DNA of 64,000 nucleotides, from contig JAUCBJ010001457.1 of the NCBI GenBank assembly GCA_032718475.1, positions 98,919-162,918 of the forward strand, written 5' to 3'. This stretch comes from Nemertoderma westbladi (taxonomy: Eukaryota > Animalia > Xenacoelomorpha). The first letter of the stretch is position 1, and the number at the start of each line of letters is the position of its first letter. The notes under the pieces were generated by a model that was given only the letters and a program-made list of their open reading frames with translations, searched no databases and was not told the DNA's origin. Below are positions 61,069 to 64,000 of the stretch, piece by piece. The position numbers and the translations under genes are program-made.

Positions 61069-61617
61069 TGTTAGCTTATTCAATCCCGCTAACACCCCAT
61101 AAAGTTAAGCCGATAAGCAATATTGGGAGCCACGAGATTGGGTAATTAACCAACTCGTGCCATCCCAATGAGAATGGGAAGGAGAAGCACACAATGAGGG
61201 TCAGGGGCCAAACCCCTAACCCAGAGAGAACAGGTGGAGTGAACGGGAACACTCCAAAGGGCGCCAACAAGGGTATCAACCAATCAGAGGGGGGAAAGGC
61301 ATCGATTAGGTAGAGTAACAAGGCCAACCGTGCAATATAGCCACTTGGCAGTAATCATATCAATTCAGTTATCTCAGTGCAATATTGGTGCTAGTTTAGG
61401 TTACATAGTTTAGCTAGGGAAGGACCGGGACTTTAGTTACCGTATCCCGCCTTCCGTATACAACAACCATATTATCTCATATCTATACCTATATCTATAT
61501 CTGTATACCCAAATATTATATACGACGAACAGCACAAACTCATTTACTCTTTATACACGGCGGGGACGCGTGAACTAACACCGGATAAACCGGGATCTCC
61601 TCTTGGATCCCGTCACA
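61069..61617 (+). repeat. 3' LTR of element A (549 bp)
   Basis: Near-identical to the 5' LTR and followed by TSD AAATC. Confidence 0.97.
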
Positions 61618-62352
61618 AAATCGAAAACGAAATAGTTGAAATAACCTGCCACGAATGCATATGACGACATAAATACATACAAGACAATACATATGTCAAT
61701 TAAAATTTCCGTACTTACATATGTTTTCAGCATATGTGCAGAAAACAGGAAAATTTTTGGCGCGCAAGAGCGCGCACACACACGCCATGTGCGCGCAAGC
61801 GCGTACACATATGACCTGTGCGCGCAAGCGCGCACATGTGGCTTGCTCTGTGGGCGCACGGCGCACGTTTTTGGCCTTTTCTGCGCACGCGCACGCGCAC
61901 CCATTATTTTACCGCGCACAACGCGTTTTAATTTTTGCAAACATTTTCCAGGCTGGGTACGGTACCGGTAGTAAATGACGCAATGTGATTACATATGATT
62001 GGCTGAAGTTAGCTGATCGGCATACGCATACGTGATTCTATCAGTCAGTCAGTATATCGGAACGGAAGCCACGAGATCTTATTGTAGTGGCGCGTGGCGG
62101 TAATTAATAGGCCTATGTGTTCGATTTCGCAGTTACAGCTGTCGCTGTAGGTTGGTTGGTAGGTAGCCGTTTCGACTCCCTTGCTGACTTGGGTGGTACC
62201 GGTACAGTACCAGACCAGCAGGTAACTAACTACCACACTACAAAATCCAAGTAGGGGGGTCCTACGAATTACCCCAAAACACTCAAAAATACCCCAAAAT
62301 AGTCAAAAATTACCCCAAAATACCCCAAAAAGGCTAAAAATTTACCCCAAAA

Positions 62353-64000
62353 TGTGAGCGTATTCAATTCCGCCACATCTAAGCCCCATACTGCCATAAA
62401 GTGAGGTTTAAGCAATATTGGGAACACGAGGTTGATTACCAATATCAACCTCGTGTCACCCCAACAAAGTGGGAAGGAGAAACATACGCACAATAGGGGT
62501 CAGGGGTTACACCCCTGAAAGAGAGAGAATAGCAGGGGCAAAGGGAAGCACTTCAGGGGAGGCAAAGGGCGACAACAGGGTTATTAGCCAATGGGGGGAA
62601 GGCACCGGCTGAGTAGTGATTATGCGGCCAACCGTGCAATATATACTACCAGTTGTGTATCATTCATTCAGTTATCTCAGTGCAGTCACAGCAGTACGGT
62701 GACAATTAAGACCGTCGACGCCGTCACCCATATTACCGGTCTATTAACGTGTATTACCGCTATCTGCTATTGTACCTACATCTGTACATTGTACCACATA
62801 TATATCTTATATCATTAACAACAACACTAGAACAACACAAACTCTTTTCCAACCACACGGTGCGGCCTGACGCGTACATAAACGACACCGGATAAACCGG
62901 GATCCTCTCGGATCCCGTCACAGTCTTAATTCTAGGCCTGCCGCGACTGCCAAAGATGAGCCAAGGGAGAGAGACGACACCGCCGCGGACCCCAGACGAC
63001 GATCTAACGATCCGCGAGGCCGCGACTAGACGGTACCGGCCCACAACACCGGAGCCATCCACAATGGGCGATCCGGCAATTCAGGATGAGGGGGGCCGTC
63101 TGGAACCAGAAGACGAGTCGAGAGAAAGGAGGAGACAAGAAGGGAGAAGAGAAAGACGAGTCGACGTACCGATGTCGCCGGCCAGCCACAGGCCGAGGGC
63201 GACGGGCGGCCCACCGGAACGGCGACGGTGGAGCAGACGGTACGACGCCGGACCCGAAGAGATGGAGGAGATGTCGGCGAGGAGGACGTCGGGGTCAGCG
63301 ATCGACTTCGACGGGCCTACAACGCGACCCGGAAGCTACTTAAAGAGGCCAAAGGAGGGGCAAAGATAGATGAGGTAAAGTTGAAGAAAAGAGTAGGTGA
63401 GTCGAACGAACATTTTCAACTACCTACTGTAATGCGCTTTGGGCAGGGAGAACTAGCCAAGGAGAGAGCGAGAGGGGTTGCAAACGAACTGCTTGAACTA
63501 TGGGAATGTAGGGGTATGGTGCCTAGTGTAGTGTACATAGGGCCATACTCAGTCGATGCCCGGGGAGTAAAATTAGTGGGTTGGAGGAGACCGCAGGAGG
63601 GCGAATCCGAGGTTAGCCCCGAGGATTCGGTCTCGTCGGTCGGAGGAAACCCCGGAGAGCGGGGGGAAAGTTAGTAGGACGGAGGGGCGACGGGAGTCCG
63701 CCGCGACCGATAAGTCTGCTACATCCTCCGCAAAAGAAAGAAGGGTGCGGGAGATAAATCTGGCGTATAAATCAAAAATTGCGGCGCTAGACCAGAGAGA
63801 AAGAGAGTGGGCAAAGGGAGGATAGAGAGAGAGCCGAGGAGCGTAGAGAGCGGGAAATGAGCCCCGATGAGTTGGCCGAGCAAAGTTTACGAGAGGACAG
63901 AGAGAGAGAGGTAGAGGGTAAGCGCAGGCGGGATGATTTGCGTGCCCGACTAGGGGGCTTATACAACATCAAGCCAAACTGAAGCGCCGACTAGAACTGG
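62353..64000 (+). mobile_element. BEL/Pao element B, diverged relative of A: 5' LTR 62353-62922 and start of gag (ATG 62956); continues beyond window end
   Basis: The LTR shares blocks with LTR A (TATTCAAT, AAGCAATATTGGGA, GGCCAACCGTGCAATATA, TTCAGTTATCTCAGTGCA, ACACCGGATAAACCGGGATCC, GGATCCCGTCACA). Gag shares TIREAATRRYRPTTPEPS with A and is frameshifted. Confidence 0.9.

Larger units (their letters stand above)
47283..61617 (+). mobile_element. Full-length BEL/Pao LTR retrotransposon A (14.3 kb) with extra 3' ORF
   Basis: LTRs 47283-47830 and 61069-61617 (TG...CA). TSD AAATC at 47278-47282 and 61618-61622. PPT GGGGGGGAG at 61060-61068. Domain order gag-PR-RT-RH-IN. Confidence 0.97.
43206..61955. 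mobile_element. Non-autonomous TIR DNA transposon (TIR CAGCCTGGAAAA) carrying nested insertions
   Basis: CAGCCTGGAAAA at 43206-43217 and TTTTCCAGGCTG at 61944-61955. GGTACGGTAC flanks both sides. GCGCAC subterminal repeat clusters at 43228-43355 and 61759-61925. Confidence 0.75.

Overview
Repeat-rich eukaryotic (invertebrate animal-like) genomic DNA, not prokaryotic. It has three apparently intronless host genes: an SLC35A nucleotide-sugar transporter with two frameshifts, PTEN, and JIP3/JIP4 (Sunday driver). Between them lie three multi-kb minisatellites (42, 56 and 33/40 bp units), a smaller 45 bp array, CR1- and RTE-type LINE fragments and a hammerhead-ribozyme motif inside a 50-bp inverted repeat. 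There are three BEL/Pao LTR retrotransposons. The complete one (47283-61617, 5-bp TSD AAATC, LTRs differing at about 2 positions) is nested in a non-autonomous TIR DNA transposon. Two signals stand out. (1) The BEL/Pao elements have no tRNA primer-binding site. Instead, the 9 nt right after the 5' LTR are complementary to a 9-mer inside the LTR, and this pairing plus two neighbouring helices covary between two diverged elements, which suggests tRNA-independent self-priming. (2) The complete element carries an intact 848-aa extra ORF in the env position, encoding a DEDDy-type 3'-5' exonuclease-like domain plus three CCHC zinc knuckles. All calls were made by eye, with no database searches.
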